Notes: a model not told the origin generated them from the sequence alone. A stretch of 61,494 bases of DNA from Candidatus Limnocylindria bacterium (GCA_038248895.1 JBBRWZ010000004.1:1-61494); one strand, 5' to 3'. Shown: positions 19,892 to 30,088, counted from the stretch's first letter. Program-made: numbers and translations.

Positions 19892-21291
19892 CGCGCGGCG
19901 CCCGTGGCGAGGCGTGCCCGAGCGGCGGCGATGGCCGCCGCGACGCGGGTTGGTGCCGTCCCGCCACCGATGTCCGCCGCCGCGACCGCCTCCTCGAGAG
20001 TGGGCATGATCGTCGTTCGCTCCGCGAGCTCGGGCAATGCCGCCGCCAGCTCCGCCTCCGGCAGCTCTGCGATGTCGATGCCGCGCTCGTCGGCGTGCGC
20101 CACGAGCCGTCCGATCCGCTGATGCGCCGTTCGGAACGGGACGCCGCTGGCGGCGAGCCGCTCGGCCAGCGCGATGGCACGCGTATGCCCGCCGGATGCC
20201 GCTGCCCGCATCGCCTCGCGCCGGAACGTGGTGCCGGCGAGCAGCGCATCGGTCACGCGCAGGCAGAGGCCCAAGCTGTCGGCGACATCGTAGAGGCTGC
20301 GGCGTCCCTCCTGGAGGTCGCGATGATAGGCGAGCGGGAGCCCACGACCCAGCGCGAGCAGGTGCGTCACCGCCGCCTCGCCGCGTGCCGCTCGGGCCCG
20401 CACCAGCTCGGCGGCGTCCGGGTTCCGCTTCTGCGGCAGCAGCGAGCTGCCGGAGCTGAACTCGTCGGGGAGTCGGACGAAGCCGAGGTAGGGCGTCGAC
20501 CATAAGACCAGCTCGCCGGCGAGCCGGGAGAGGTGCATGAGCGCCGTGGCGCACGCCGCGGCGAACTCGACCTCGAAGTCGCGGTCCGCGACGGCATCGA
20601 TGCTGTTCTCGGCGAGCGCACCGTAGCCGAGCGCGGCGGCAATGCGCTCGCGGTCGAGCGCCAGGCTGCTGCCCGCCACCGCCGCGGCCCCGACCGGTGC
20701 CACGTCGGCCCGACGTGCCGCATCGGTGAGCCGGCCGCGGTCCCGCTCCAGCATGACGACATACGCGAGCAGGTGGTGGGCCAGCAGCACCGGTTGCGCC
20801 GGCTGCGTGTGCGTATGTGCCGGGAGAATCGTCGCCAGCTCGCGCTCGGCGTGGTCGACGAGCGTCGTCTCCAGGGTCGCGGCGAGTCGATCCAGTTCGG
20901 CGGCGGCCACCGCCAGCCAGCGCCGCTCGTCGTTGACGACCTCCTCGTTCCGGCTGCGACCGGCCTGCAGATGACCGGCCAGCTCCGCGCCAACGCGATC
21001 CGCGACCCAGGCCTCGACGTTCATGTGCACGTCCTCGTGCTCGTCGCGCCAAGGGAACGATCCGTCGGACAGGGCCGACCCGGCGCTGCGCAGTGCATCG
21101 TCGAGCGCCGCCGCACCGTCCGCGTCGACCAGGCCAAGCCGCGCCAGCTCGGTGACATGCGCCCGCGATGCGGCGACGTCATGCTCGGCGAGGGGACGGT
21201 CCACGTCGGCACTGCTCGACAGCTCGAGCGCCAGATCGGCGGCGGGGCGGTCGAAGCGGCCGCTCCAGAGGGCGGTCGGACTGGTTCGCAT
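19888..21291 (-). CDS. argH: argininosuccinate lyase
   Basis: LWSGRF, GRSRN, SSGSSLLPQKRNPD fumarase-family signature. Confidence 0.95.
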   Translation of the reverse strand: MRTSPTALWSGRFDRPAADLALELSSSADVDRPLAEHDVAASRAHVTELARLGLVDADGAAALDDALRSAGSALSDGSFPWRDEHEDVHMNVEAWVADRVGAELAGHLQAGRSRNEEVVNDERRWLAVAAAELDRLAATLETTLVDHAERELATILPAHTHTQPAQPVLLAHHLLAYVVMLERDRGRLTDAARRADVAPVGAAAVAGSSLALDRERIAAALGYGALAENSIDAVADRDFEVEFAAACATALMHLSRLAGELVLWSTPYLGFVRLPDEFSSGSSLLPQKRNPDAAELVRARAARGEAAVTHLLALGRGLPLAYHRDLQEGRRSLYDVADSLGLCLRVTDALLAGTTFRREAMRAAASGGHTRAIALAERLAASGVPFRTAHQRIGRLVAHADERGIDIAELPEAELAAALPELAERTTIMPTLEEAVAAADIGGGTAPTRVAAAIAAARARLATGAAR

Positions 21292-21326
21292 CGGCTAAAT
21301 ATACGACAAGCCTGTATATTCATGCA
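21292..21326. promoter_or_regulatory. tandem ARG boxes (ArgR operator) between argH and carA
   Basis: TGTATATTCATGCA at 21313-21326 and degenerate CGGCTAAATATACG at 21292-21305, 21 bp apart, overlapping the argH -10 (TATATT). Confidence 0.8.
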
Positions 21327-21433
21327 ATGCGCTTCGTTCGACCGTGCAGCCCGAGGCCGCTCGCCGTGGGCGGTTGCGCTATCCTGCGCTCGACCTTTAA
21401 GCCGGTACCGTGATGCCGGGAAGGAGTTCGAAC

Positions 21434-22633
21434 ATGCACCTTGCCCCGCCCAGCCCGCGATCCGCGCCGCGCTCCATCAGCGACGAGCGCATCGCCGCTC
21501 CGCTGGTTCCCGTCGCCGGCACCGGCCTCGACCTGGCACCCGCGCTCCTGGCCCATGACGATGGTGCGCTGCACGCTGGCACGCTCGCCGGCGCATCGGT
21601 GTCCGTCACCGGTGACCTCGTCTTCACCACGGCGGCGACTGGCTGGGGCGAGATCCTCACCGACCCGTCGTATGCCGGCCAGATCGTGGTGCTGACGCAT
21701 CCGATGGCGGGGAACTACCGCATCGACGTCAATGACCTCGAGTCGTCCCGGGTCCATGCGCGCGGCCTGGTCGTGACACGCCTCGTCGATCCGCCGCCCG
21801 GCCCGGGGATCGCCCTCGACGAGCTGCTGCGCGACGCCGGCATCCCCGCCATCACCGGCATCGACACCCGCGCCCTCACCCTCGCGCTCCGACGAGGAGC
21901 CAGCCGTCGGGCGGCCATCGTCCCCGGCAGCGGCGTCATCGACGGCGAGCGCGCGGTGCGCCGTGCCGAGGCCGCGCCGGCATGGGAAGCGGTCGACTAC
22001 GTCGGTGAGGTGGCGACGCGAGCGCCGTTTCACCTCGCGCCAGACGGAGAGCGGCGCGGGCGCGCGGTCCTGGTCGACTACGGCGTCAAGCGCTCGTTGC
22101 TCCGCGCCCTGACGGCGCGCGGCCTCGAGGTGCTGGGCCTGCCGCCCACGGCGACCGCGGACGCGATCCTGGGTGCCGGTCCCGACCTGGTCGTCCTGTC
22201 GCCCGGGCCGGGCGACCCGGCGCGGATGGCGCAGCAGATCGGTGTGGCGGCGCGGCTCGCGGCCAATGCGATCGACGGCGGCCCGCCGATCCTCGGCATC
22301 TGTCTCGGCCACCAGGTCATCGCGCTCACCGCCGGCGCGCGGACGCGCCGCCTCGGCGTCGGCCACCACGGTGGCAACCACGCCGTGCGCGACCTCGCCA
22401 CCGGGCGCGTCGACATCGGTGCGCACAACCACGAGGTGGAGGTGCTCGATGGCCCGGCGCTGGCCGCGGCCGGGTACCGCGTCAGCCACCGCGACCTCAA
22501 CGACGGCACGGTGGAGGGCCTCGTACACGCGAGCGGTCGTGTCGCATCGGTGCAGTTCCACCCGGAGGGTGCTCCGGGTCCGATCGACGCGTCGCGCGTC
22601 TTCGATCTCGCCGTCGGCAACGCCATCGCATGA
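21434..22633 (+). CDS. carA: carbamoyl-phosphate synthase small subunit
   Basis: LTDPSYAGQI, SPGPGDP, GICLGHQ, QFHPE; AAGGAG SD before ATG 21434. Confidence 0.95.
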   Translation: MHLAPPSPRSAPRSISDERIAAPLVPVAGTGLDLAPALLAHDDGALHAGTLAGASVSVTGDLVFTTAATGWGEILTDPSYAGQIVVLTHPMAGNYRIDVNDLESSRVHARGLVVTRLVDPPPGPGIALDELLRDAGIPAITGIDTRALTLALRRGASRRAAIVPGSGVIDGERAVRRAEAAPAWEAVDYVGEVATRAPFHLAPDGERRGRAVLVDYGVKRSLLRALTARGLEVLGLPPTATADAILGAGPDLVVLSPGPGDPARMAQQIGVAARLAANAIDGGPPILGICLGHQVIALTAGARTRRLGVGHHGGNHAVRDLATGRVDIGAHNHEVEVLDGPALAAAGYRVSHRDLNDGTVEGLVHASGRVASVQFHPEGAPGPIDASRVFDLAVGNAIA

Positions 22634-25419
22634 CCGCGCCGCGGCGGGTCCTCGTCATCGGGTCGGGACCGATCCTCATCGGTCAGGCGGCCGAGTTCGA
22701 CTATGCCGGGGTGCAGGCCTGTCTCGCCCTGCGCAGCGCCGGCGTCGAGACGATCCTCGTCAACTCGAACCCCGCGACCGTCATGACGGACCCCGACGTG
22801 GGCGGGACGGTGATCATCGGTCCGCTGACGCTCGAGCACGTCACGCGGGTCATCGAGGAGCACCGGCCGGACGCGCTGCTGCCGACGCTCGGCGGACAGA
22901 CAGGATTGAACCTGGCGGTGGCGCTGGACGACGCCGGCGTGCTCGATCGCTGCGGCGTGCGCGTCCTCGGCACGCCACTCGACGCCGTCCGGGCAGCCGA
23001 GGATCGTGGCGGCTTTCGCGACCTCGTTACCGGCATTGGCGAGCCGGTGCCGGAGAGCGCGGTCTGTGAGTCGGTCGAGGACGGCATGCGGTTCGTCCAT
23101 GCCCTGGGTGCATCGGTCGTGATCCGGCCCGCCTTCACGCTGGGCGGCGGCGGTGGCGGCTTTGCGCATACGCCGGACGAGGCACGCGTGCGGATCGCCA
23201 CGGGCCTCGGCGCCAGTCCGATCCACCAGGTCCTGGTGGAGCGCTCGCTCCTCGGCTGGTACGAGATCGAGTTCGAGGTGCTGCGCGACGCGGCGGACAC
23301 CACGATCGCGATCTGCGGCATGGAGAACCTCGACCCGATGGGCGTGCACACCGGCGACAGCATCGTGGTGGCGCCCATCCAGACGCTGCCCGACCCGGTC
23401 GTCCAGCGGCTGCGGCGCTGCGCCCTGAAGATCGTCCGCTCCCTGAAGCTCGAGGGTGGTTGCAACGTGCAGCTGGCCGTCACGCCGGACGGCAGCGACT
23501 ACCGCGTCATCGAGGTCAACCCGCGGGTGAGCCGCTCGAGCGCCCTCGCCAGCAAGGCGACCGGCTATCCGATCGCCCGCGTGGCGGCGATGATCGCGCT
23601 CGGCAAGCGCCTCCACGAGCTGCCCAATCCCGCCACCGGCGGCAACTCGGCCGCGTTCGAGCCGGCGGTCGACTACGTGGTCGTCAAGCTGCCGCGCTGG
23701 CCATTCGACAAGTTCCCCGATGCGGATCGCTCGCTCGGCGTGCAGATGAAGGCGACGGGCGAGGCGATGGCCATCGACCGCGAATTCGGGCCGGCGCTGC
23801 TCAAGGCGCTCCGCTCCCTCGAGCCGCGCGGCCGCGGCTGGCTGTGGGAGGACGCGGCGTGGGGCCTGCGCGTCGCCGCGCCCGACGACCTGGCCGCGTT
23901 CCTGGCGCCGACCGACTCGCGCCTGTGGCGGATGGTCGCGCTGCTCCGCCACGGCTGGACCGATGCGGCGGGGATCAGCAGCGTGACCGGCATCGCGCCG
24001 TGGTTCACCGAGCGGGTCGCCGAGCTGGTGCGGGCCGAGCGGGCGCTGGAGGGCGCGCCGCTCGCCGCCGCCAAGCGCGCCGGCTTCGGTGACGCGGAGA
24101 TCGCGGCGATCACCGGCGTGCCGCCGATCGCGGTGCGGCGCGCGCGTGTGCGTGCCGGCATCACCCCGAGCTACCGCCGCGTCGATACATGCGCCGGCGA
24201 GTTCCCCGCCGAGACGCCGTATTTCTATTCGTCGTACGCGCTCCCCGAGGTGCCGCCGCCGTCCGATCGGCGCTCGGTGATCGTCGTGGGCTCCGGCCCG
24301 ATCCGTATCGGTCAGGGGATCGAGTTCGACTACTGCTCGGTACGTGCCGCGTGGGCGATCCGCGAGCTCGGCTACGACGCGGTGGTGATCAACAACAACC
24401 CCGAGACCGTCTCGACCGACTACGACGCCTGCAGCCGCCTCTACTTCGAGCCGCTCGACACGGAGAGCGTGCTCGACGTCATCGACCACGAGCGGGCGCT
24501 GACCGGGGAACCGCCGATCGTGCTCCTCACCTTCGGCGGCCAGACGGCGATCGACCTGGCGCGTGACCTTGCCTACGCCGACGTGCCGGTCGCCGGGCTC
24601 ACCGCCGATGCGATCGAGGTGACCGAAGATCGCGAGCGCTTCGCGACGCTCCTCGACGAGCTCGGCGTCGATGGTCCGCGCGGGCAGCTGGCCGGCGACG
24701 CGGGCGAGCTGCGTGCCTAGGTCGGGGCGCTGGGGCTGCCGGTCATCGTGCGACCCTCGTGGGTGATCGGCGGACGGGGGATCGCGGTGCTGCACGACGA
24801 GGCGGAGATCGCCGCCTATCTTCGGACGGAGGTTGGGTGGCCGCTCCGCGTCGACGAGCTCGTCGCCGGCATCGAGCTCGATGTCGACGTCATCAGCGAC
24901 GGCCGCGACTGGTGCGTGCCGGGCATCCTGGAGCAGCTCGATCCCCCCGGCATCCATTCCGGTGACAGCCGTGCCGTCCTCCCGCCGCAGACGCTCCCGC
25001 GCGTCATCCAGGAGCGGGTCGCCGCGGCGGCGGGACGGATCGCCACGTCCCTCGGCCTGCGCGGCGTGCTCAACGTCCAGATGATCGTGGCGGGGGAGCG
25101 CGTCGTCGTCATCGAGGCCAACCCGCGGGCGAGCCGTACCATCCCGATCGTCGCCAAGGCGACCGGCCGGGACGTGGTGGCGGCAGCGGTGCGCTGCGCG
25201 CTGGGAGGCACGCTCGCCGAGGCGGGCCTTTCGCCGGGGCTGGCAATGGATGGACCGATGGTCGCCGTCAAGGCGCCGATCGGCTCGCTGTGGCGCCTAC
25301 CCGGCGTCGACCCCACGCTGGGCCCCGAGATGCGTTCGACCGGCGAGGTGCTCGGCCTGGCCACGACCTTCGAGGTGGCCAATCGTTCCGCCGACGAGGC
25401 GCTCGCCGCGCACCAATAG
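22630..25419 (+). CDS. carB: carbamoyl-phosphate synthase large subunit, interrupted by in-frame TAG at 24718-24720 and lacking the MGS domain
   Basis: GSGPILIGQAAEFDY, second GSGPIRIGQGIEFDY, EANPRASRT, GPEMRSTGEV; the track ORFs 22630-24720 and 24748-25419 are in the same frame. Confidence 0.92.
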
Positions 25420-25425
25420 GGCAGG

Positions 25426-25477
25426 CGAAAACCGTCGCCGTCCAGTACGGAGGGTGCCGGAGCGACGACGGTTCTCG
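25426..25477. terminator. hairpin after carB, between convergent genes
   Basis: CGAAAACCGTCGCCG / CGACGACGGTTCTCG, 13/15 inverted match. Confidence 0.55.
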
Positions 25478-25649
25478 TTCAGACGACGGCCGAATCCTGC
25501 TCGATGGGTGATGCGGACGCTAGATGCCACCGCTGGCCCGAGCTTCCGTTGATGGCGGCCCGTACCGTCCATCGTTCAGCATCCTGTAGGTCGTGCGCCT
25601 AGGCGAAGGGTGAGAGCAATCTGCGTGCCAGTCTGCTCGCCAGTACAGG

Positions 25650-26309
25650 CTACCGGCGGCGGCCCCGGGGTGACGCTGGTCGCGGCTCGGCCATGCGGCG
25701 TCGGAGGTAGCCGCCGTAGAAGCCGGCAAGGGCGCCGATCGCCACCATGAAGATGCCGGTGACGAACAGCGACACCGCCACCTGGACGAGCGGCAGCTGC
25801 GCCCGCGGGCCGTCGATATCGGTACCGGTCAGCGCCAGGCCGCCGAGCACGGCCGCATATCCGAGCTGGCCGACCACCGCGGCCGCCGCACCGTAGGCCC
25901 ACGGTCGCTGCCAGCCGAACCAGCCCGCGGCGACGAGCGATCCGAAGGTCCCGAGCGATGTCACGACCGCCACGATCGAGTCCTGGTAGAACGTGCTGAC
26001 GATGTAGGAGACCGCCCACAGGACGCCGAGCCCGATCCAGACCAGCGGGCTCCGACCCAGGAGCCAGAGCGTCCGGACGACCGGCCGCAGCGGGCCGTCG
26101 TACGTGAATCCGATGAGTGGGTCCGGCTTGCCGGGCAGCGGTCGCGCCGGCGGGAAGATGCGGCCGAGCATGCCTCCGCTCGGAGTCGCCGCCTCCGCGG
26201 GCGGCTGCTCCTCCACGTTGTCGTCGGTTTCGATGCCCTGCTTGGCGAGGCGTGCTCGGCGGCGTGCGTCGGCGCGGGACGAGGTGGTGCGTCGGCTCTC
26301 GGAAGTCAT
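25650..26309 (-). CDS. hypothetical membrane protein (about 4 TM)
   Basis: 219-aa ORF with hydrophobic helices; TACAAT -10 nine nt before ATG. Confidence 0.75.
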   Translation of the reverse strand: MTSESRRTTSSRADARRRARLAKQGIETDDNVEEQPPAEAATPSGGMLGRIFPPARPLPGKPDPLIGFTYDGPLRPVVRTLWLLGRSPLVWIGLGVLWAVSYIVSTFYQDSIVAVVTSLGTFGSLVAAGWFGWQRPWAYGAAAAVVGQLGYAAVLGGLALTGTDIDGPRAQLPLVQVAVSLFVTGIFMVAIGALAGFYGGYLRRRMAEPRPASPRGRRR

Positions 26310-26344
26310 GGGCGGCCGATTGTACGCGACCGGTGCCGCGCTCT

Positions 26345-26388
26345 GCTAAGCGGCCGCTAACCCGGCGCTAAGCCATTGGCGCCACGAT
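26345..26388 (+). promoter_or_regulatory. three 11-bp-periodic direct repeats (OmpR/PhoB-type site) plus weak -10
   Basis: GCTAA(G/C) at 26345, 26356 and 26367; CACGAT at 26383-26388. Confidence 0.6.
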
Positions 26389-26423
26389 CGGCGACGGCTC
26401 GCCTCCAGCTGGAGGTCCATCGC

Positions 26424-28919
26424 GTGCCCATCCTCTTCCGCGGCGGTCGTCTCGCCGCTCTCCTGACCGCCCTGAGCGCGCTGCTGCTGGCGACGATGCC
26501 CGCGGTCGCGACCCTCACGCCAGCGACCGAGGCGCCGGACGAAACGAGCCCGGCGCACCTCGTCATCTCGGAGATCGAGACCGGCGGCGCCTCGGCGTCC
26601 GACGAGTTCGTCGAGCTGTACAACCCATCCGACGGCGAGCTGCCGCTCGAGGGGTTGGAGCTCGTCTACGTGACCGCCAGCGGGAGCACCGTGACACGCA
26701 AGGCGTCATGGGAGGTGGGCGCCACCGGGGTGGGAGCGCGCTCGCACCTCCTTGTCGTCAACGACGCCGGAACCTACGCCGCCATCGGCGACGAGCGCTA
26801 CGCCGGTGGCGTGGCGGCGACCGGTGGTGCCTGGGCACTCAGGATTCAGGGCGCATCGACCGCCATCGATGCGGTCGGCTGGGGTAGCGCGACGGCGTGG
26901 CTCGAGGGCACGGCGGCGCCCGCGCCGACAGCCGGCTCGAGCCTCGAGCGTCTCCCCGGCGGATCCGCCGGCTCCACCCAGGACACCGATGACAACCTGG
27001 TCGACTTCGCCGGCAACGACGCGCCGGCGCCGCAGAACCGGACCTCCGCGCCGGTGCCCGATCCCGATGCCACGCCGACGCCGGTCCCGACGCCGACGCC
27101 GGTCCCGACGCCCACGGCCGTTGTGACGCCGGCACCGACGCCCGTCGCCACGCCCCTCCCCACGCCGCTCCCGACCCCACCGGGCAGCGAGGCGATCACG
27201 ATCGCGGCTGCGCGGGCGCTCCCGGAGGGCGTGACGGTGACCATCGTCGGCACGGCGGTCACCGGGTCCGCCTTCGGTGATGGCGGTGGGTATGTCGTCG
27301 ATGCGACCGGCGGCATTGCAGTCATCCTCGGCGACGGAGCGTTCGAACGTGGCGATGTCGTGGAGCTCAGCGGCGAGCTCGACGATCGGTACGCTCAGCG
27401 CACGATTCGTCCGGGGACCGATGGGGTGCGCCACCTGGGCACGGCCGCCGAGCCGGCGCCGATCGTCCTTGCCAGCGGCGCGGTGGACGAGGCGGCCGAG
27501 GGCCAGCTCGTCCAGGTCGAAGGATCGCTCCACGGGAGTGCCACCGCGCTGTCGGGCGGCGTCGCCTACGACCTCGACGATGGGTCGGGTGTCGTCCGCG
27601 TCTTCGTCGGCAGTGCCACCGGCATCGACACCAGCGCCTGGGCGTCCGGCGGCCGCCTGGCCGTGGTGGGGGTCGTCGGCCAGCGAGACGCCTCCGGCAC
27701 CGGGACGGCTGGCTACCGCGTGCAGCCCCGTGATCCTATCGATATCGGTTCATACGCCGCCGTCACGCCATCGCCCAGCCCCACGCCCAGCCCCACTCCC
27801 GCAGTGACCGCATCGCCGCTCCCATCGGGCAGCGCCGGGCCGAGCGCGACACCCGGCGGGTCGGACGAGGCGGTTCCGCTGGTCAGCATCGCGACTGCCA
27901 GGGCTGCGAACACGCATACCCGGCTCCGGGTGAGCGGCACCGTCACCGTCCCCAGTGGATTGGTCGATCCGGTGAGCGCGGTGCTCCAGGATGCGTCAGG
28001 CGCCATCGTCGTGCGCATCGGTGACGAGGTCGGCGCGCTCGCGCTCGGAGAGGCGGTGGAGCTGACGGGGACGCGATCGACGAAGTCCGGCATGCTGACC
28101 ATGCGGGTCACCCAGCCCGCGGTCCGGCTCGGGCAGGCGGCGGATCCCAGCGCCCCGCGCGTGGCGACCGGCGCCGTGGGTGAGGAGCGCGAGGCGCAGC
28201 TCGTCATCGTGCGTGGGCAGGTCACCGGACACACCGCCAAGCTCAGTGGTGGCGGTGTCTCGTTCGAGATCGACGACGGCTCCGGTCCGCTCCGCGTCGC
28301 CTTCCTGGCGGCCGCCAGGCTGGGGGGCGCGCCGGCCACCGGAACGTGGATCGAGGTGCGGGCCGCCGTCGGTCAGGAGACGACCGGCTCGCAGCCGCTG
28401 CGCGGCTATCGACTCTGGCCGCGCGGCGCGCCTGACGTCACCGTCGTCGCCGCTTCCACCGCCGCAGGCTTTGTGGGCAGTGCGTCGTCAGGCGCCGATG
28501 GAGGGACGCCGGCCGGACCGGGCGGCAGCGGCGCCAATGGATCCGCTGGGGCGCCAGGTCGCGCGCCGTCGCTCGGCGGCGGTGGCGGCGGTGCCCATGG
28601 GACGGAGACTGGCACGTCGGCGCCGGGGTTGGCCGTCGGTGCCCGCAGCTCTGCGGCGGCGCAGCCGGGAGCGGCGGCGGCCGCGGCGCTCGTGGGCGGC
28701 GCGGCTGGTCGCGGCCTGGGGACCGCCGTGCTCCTGCTCGGCCTCGCCGGGCTCATGGCCGCCGCGGCGGTGAGCTGGCGCACCGGGGCGGCCGGCCGCC
28801 TTCGGGGGTGGCGCGCCTCCGCCACCGCGGACCTCGAACCGTCCGCGACGGCGGACGAGGCGGCTGCGGAGGATGACACGCGGCTGCGGCTCACGGTCAT
28901 CGGCGGGCCCGGCACGTGA
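26424..28919 (+). CDS. secreted lamin-tail-domain protein with about four OB-fold repeats, PT linkers and C-terminal TM anchor
   Basis: signal peptide; LVISEI...DEFVELYNP (LTD); repeated TIAAAR..D.TGGI.V and EGQLV.V.G..DDGSG modules; GGAGG SD before GTG 26424. Confidence 0.8.
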   Translation: MPILFRGGRLAALLTALSALLLATMPAVATLTPATEAPDETSPAHLVISEIETGGASASDEFVELYNPSDGELPLEGLELVYVTASGSTVTRKASWEVGATGVGARSHLLVVNDAGTYAAIGDERYAGGVAATGGAWALRIQGASTAIDAVGWGSATAWLEGTAAPAPTAGSSLERLPGGSAGSTQDTDDNLVDFAGNDAPAPQNRTSAPVPDPDATPTPVPTPTPVPTPTAVVTPAPTPVATPLPTPLPTPPGSEAITIAAARALPEGVTVTIVGTAVTGSAFGDGGGYVVDATGGIAVILGDGAFERGDVVELSGELDDRYAQRTIRPGTDGVRHLGTAAEPAPIVLASGAVDEAAEGQLVQVEGSLHGSATALSGGVAYDLDDGSGVVRVFVGSATGIDTSAWASGGRLAVVGVVGQRDASGTGTAGYRVQPRDPIDIGSYAAVTPSPSPTPSPTPAVTASPLPSGSAGPSATPGGSDEAVPLVSIATARAANTHTRLRVSGTVTVPSGLVDPVSAVLQDASGAIVVRIGDEVGALALGEAVELTGTRSTKSGMLTMRVTQPAVRLGQAADPSAPRVATGAVGEEREAQLVIVRGQVTGHTAKLSGGGVSFEIDDGSGPLRVAFLAAARLGGAPATGTWIEVRAAVGQETTGSQPLRGYRLWPRGAPDVTVVAASTAAGFVGSASSGADGGTPAGPGGSGANGSAGAPGRAPSLGGGGGGAHGTETGTSAPGLAVGARSSAAAQPGAAAAAALVGGAAGRGLGTAVLLLGLAGLMAAAAVSWRTGAAGRLRGWRASATADLEPSATADEAAAEDDTRLRLTVIGGPGT
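27072..27182 (+). repeat. Pro/Thr linker repeat (18-bp unit x2, then degenerate)
   Basis: acgccgacgccggtcccg x2; encodes TPTPVPTPTPVPTPT... Confidence 0.8.
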
Positions 28920-29041
28920 CTCCCCGCGGGGCGGCGAGACCGCCCGGGTGGCGCAGAACGCCACGCTCAGCCTGAGCGTGGCGCGTATACTCCCGCCGTC
29001 TCGGCCGCCGGCCGACCTGCCGCAGCTCGAAACGAGGTCGC

Positions 29042-29914
29042 GTGACCCAGCAGTCGACCGCGGATGCCCCACGGACGGGGGGCCGCCAGTACCACATCGC
29101 CCTCGAGCGGGGAGAGCTCGCGGAGTACGTGCTGCTGGTCGGCGACCCCGGGCGCGTGGCGAAGGTGGCGGCGGACTGGGACGACGTGCGGCTGGAACGC
29201 AGCAATCGCGAGATCACGACGGCGACCGGCAGCTACCGTGGGATGCCCATCAGCTGCATGTCGACCGGCATGGGAACCGACAACGTCGAGATCGTGCTGG
29301 CGGAGGTGATGGAGATCGCCGACGCCCCCACGCTCATCCGCGTCGGATCGTCGGGTGCGCTCCAGCCGGAGATCGCCCTGGGCGACCTCATCATCTCCAT
29401 CGGTGCGGTACGCCTCGAGAACACGACCGACTTCTACGTCCATCCCGGCTACCCGGCGATCGCCCATCGCGACGTCGTCTGGGCGCTGGAGGCGGCCTGT
29501 CGGGAGCTCGGGTATGCGCACCACGTGGGGATCACCGCCACCGCGAGCGGGTTCTACGCTCCGCAGGGACGTGCCATGCGCACGCTCCCGGTTCGCTATC
29601 CTGAGCTCGCCGAGGAGCTGCGGCGCCAGCGCGTCGTGAACCTCGAGATGGAGTCGTCGGCACTGTTCGTGCTGGCGGGCCTGGCAGGGCTCCGGTCGGG
29701 GACCATCTGCGCCGCCTACGCTCAGCGCGTCGACGGCACCTTTTTGGAGGGAGCCGAGAAGGAGGCCGCGGAGGCACGTTGTATCGAGGCCGGACTCTCC
29801 GGCATCCACCTGCTCTGGAAGATCGACACCGAACAGGGGGGCGACTTCCACTCCCGCCGCTCGAGCGAGCGGCAGGGCAGGAGCCAACCACCGCAACCCG
29901 GCGGCGACAACTGA
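29042..29914 (+). CDS. udp: uridine/nucleoside phosphorylase
   Basis: QYHI, GDPGRV, STGMG, IRVGSSG, FYAPQGR, NLEMES. Confidence 0.88.
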   Translation: MTQQSTADAPRTGGRQYHIALERGELAEYVLLVGDPGRVAKVAADWDDVRLERSNREITTATGSYRGMPISCMSTGMGTDNVEIVLAEVMEIADAPTLIRVGSSGALQPEIALGDLIISIGAVRLENTTDFYVHPGYPAIAHRDVVWALEAACRELGYAHHVGITATASGFYAPQGRAMRTLPVRYPELAEELRRQRVVNLEMESSALFVLAGLAGLRSGTICAAYAQRVDGTFLEGAEKEAAEARCIEAGLSGIHLLWKIDTEQGGDFHSRRSSERQGRSQPPQPGGDN

Positions 29915-29944
29915 CCGCAGGGACCCAAGGAGGCAGACTGACCG

Positions 29945-30088
29945 ATGGCGACCAATGCCTACTGTGTCAAGTGCAAGGCGAAGCGTGACATGTCTGACGA
30001 GCAGAAGATCACGATGAAGAACGGCAAGGCCGCCACGCAGGGCAAGTGCCCGGTGTGCGGCACCAAGATGTTCAAGATCGGCGGCTGA
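29945..30088 (+). CDS. 47-aa DUF5679-like basic zinc-ribbon protein (not in ORF track)
   Basis: MATNAYCVKCKAKRDMSDEQKITMKNGKAATQGKCPVCGTKMFKIGG*; strong AAGGAGG SD. Confidence 0.88.
   Translation: MATNAYCVKCKAKRDMSDEQKITMKNGKAATQGKCPVCGTKMFKIGG

Noticed and set aside
24718-24720. Genome-wide TAG reassignment or pyrrolysine
   Set aside because: TAG ends conserved genes at expected positions (grpE, rsmE, rpsU, argF), and no pyl genes are in the window.
25489-25649. c-di-AMP (ydaO) riboswitch suggested by GCCGAATCCTGC
   Set aside because: Downstream GGGGAACC and CAGCTAAC motifs are absent, and it lies between convergent 3' ends.
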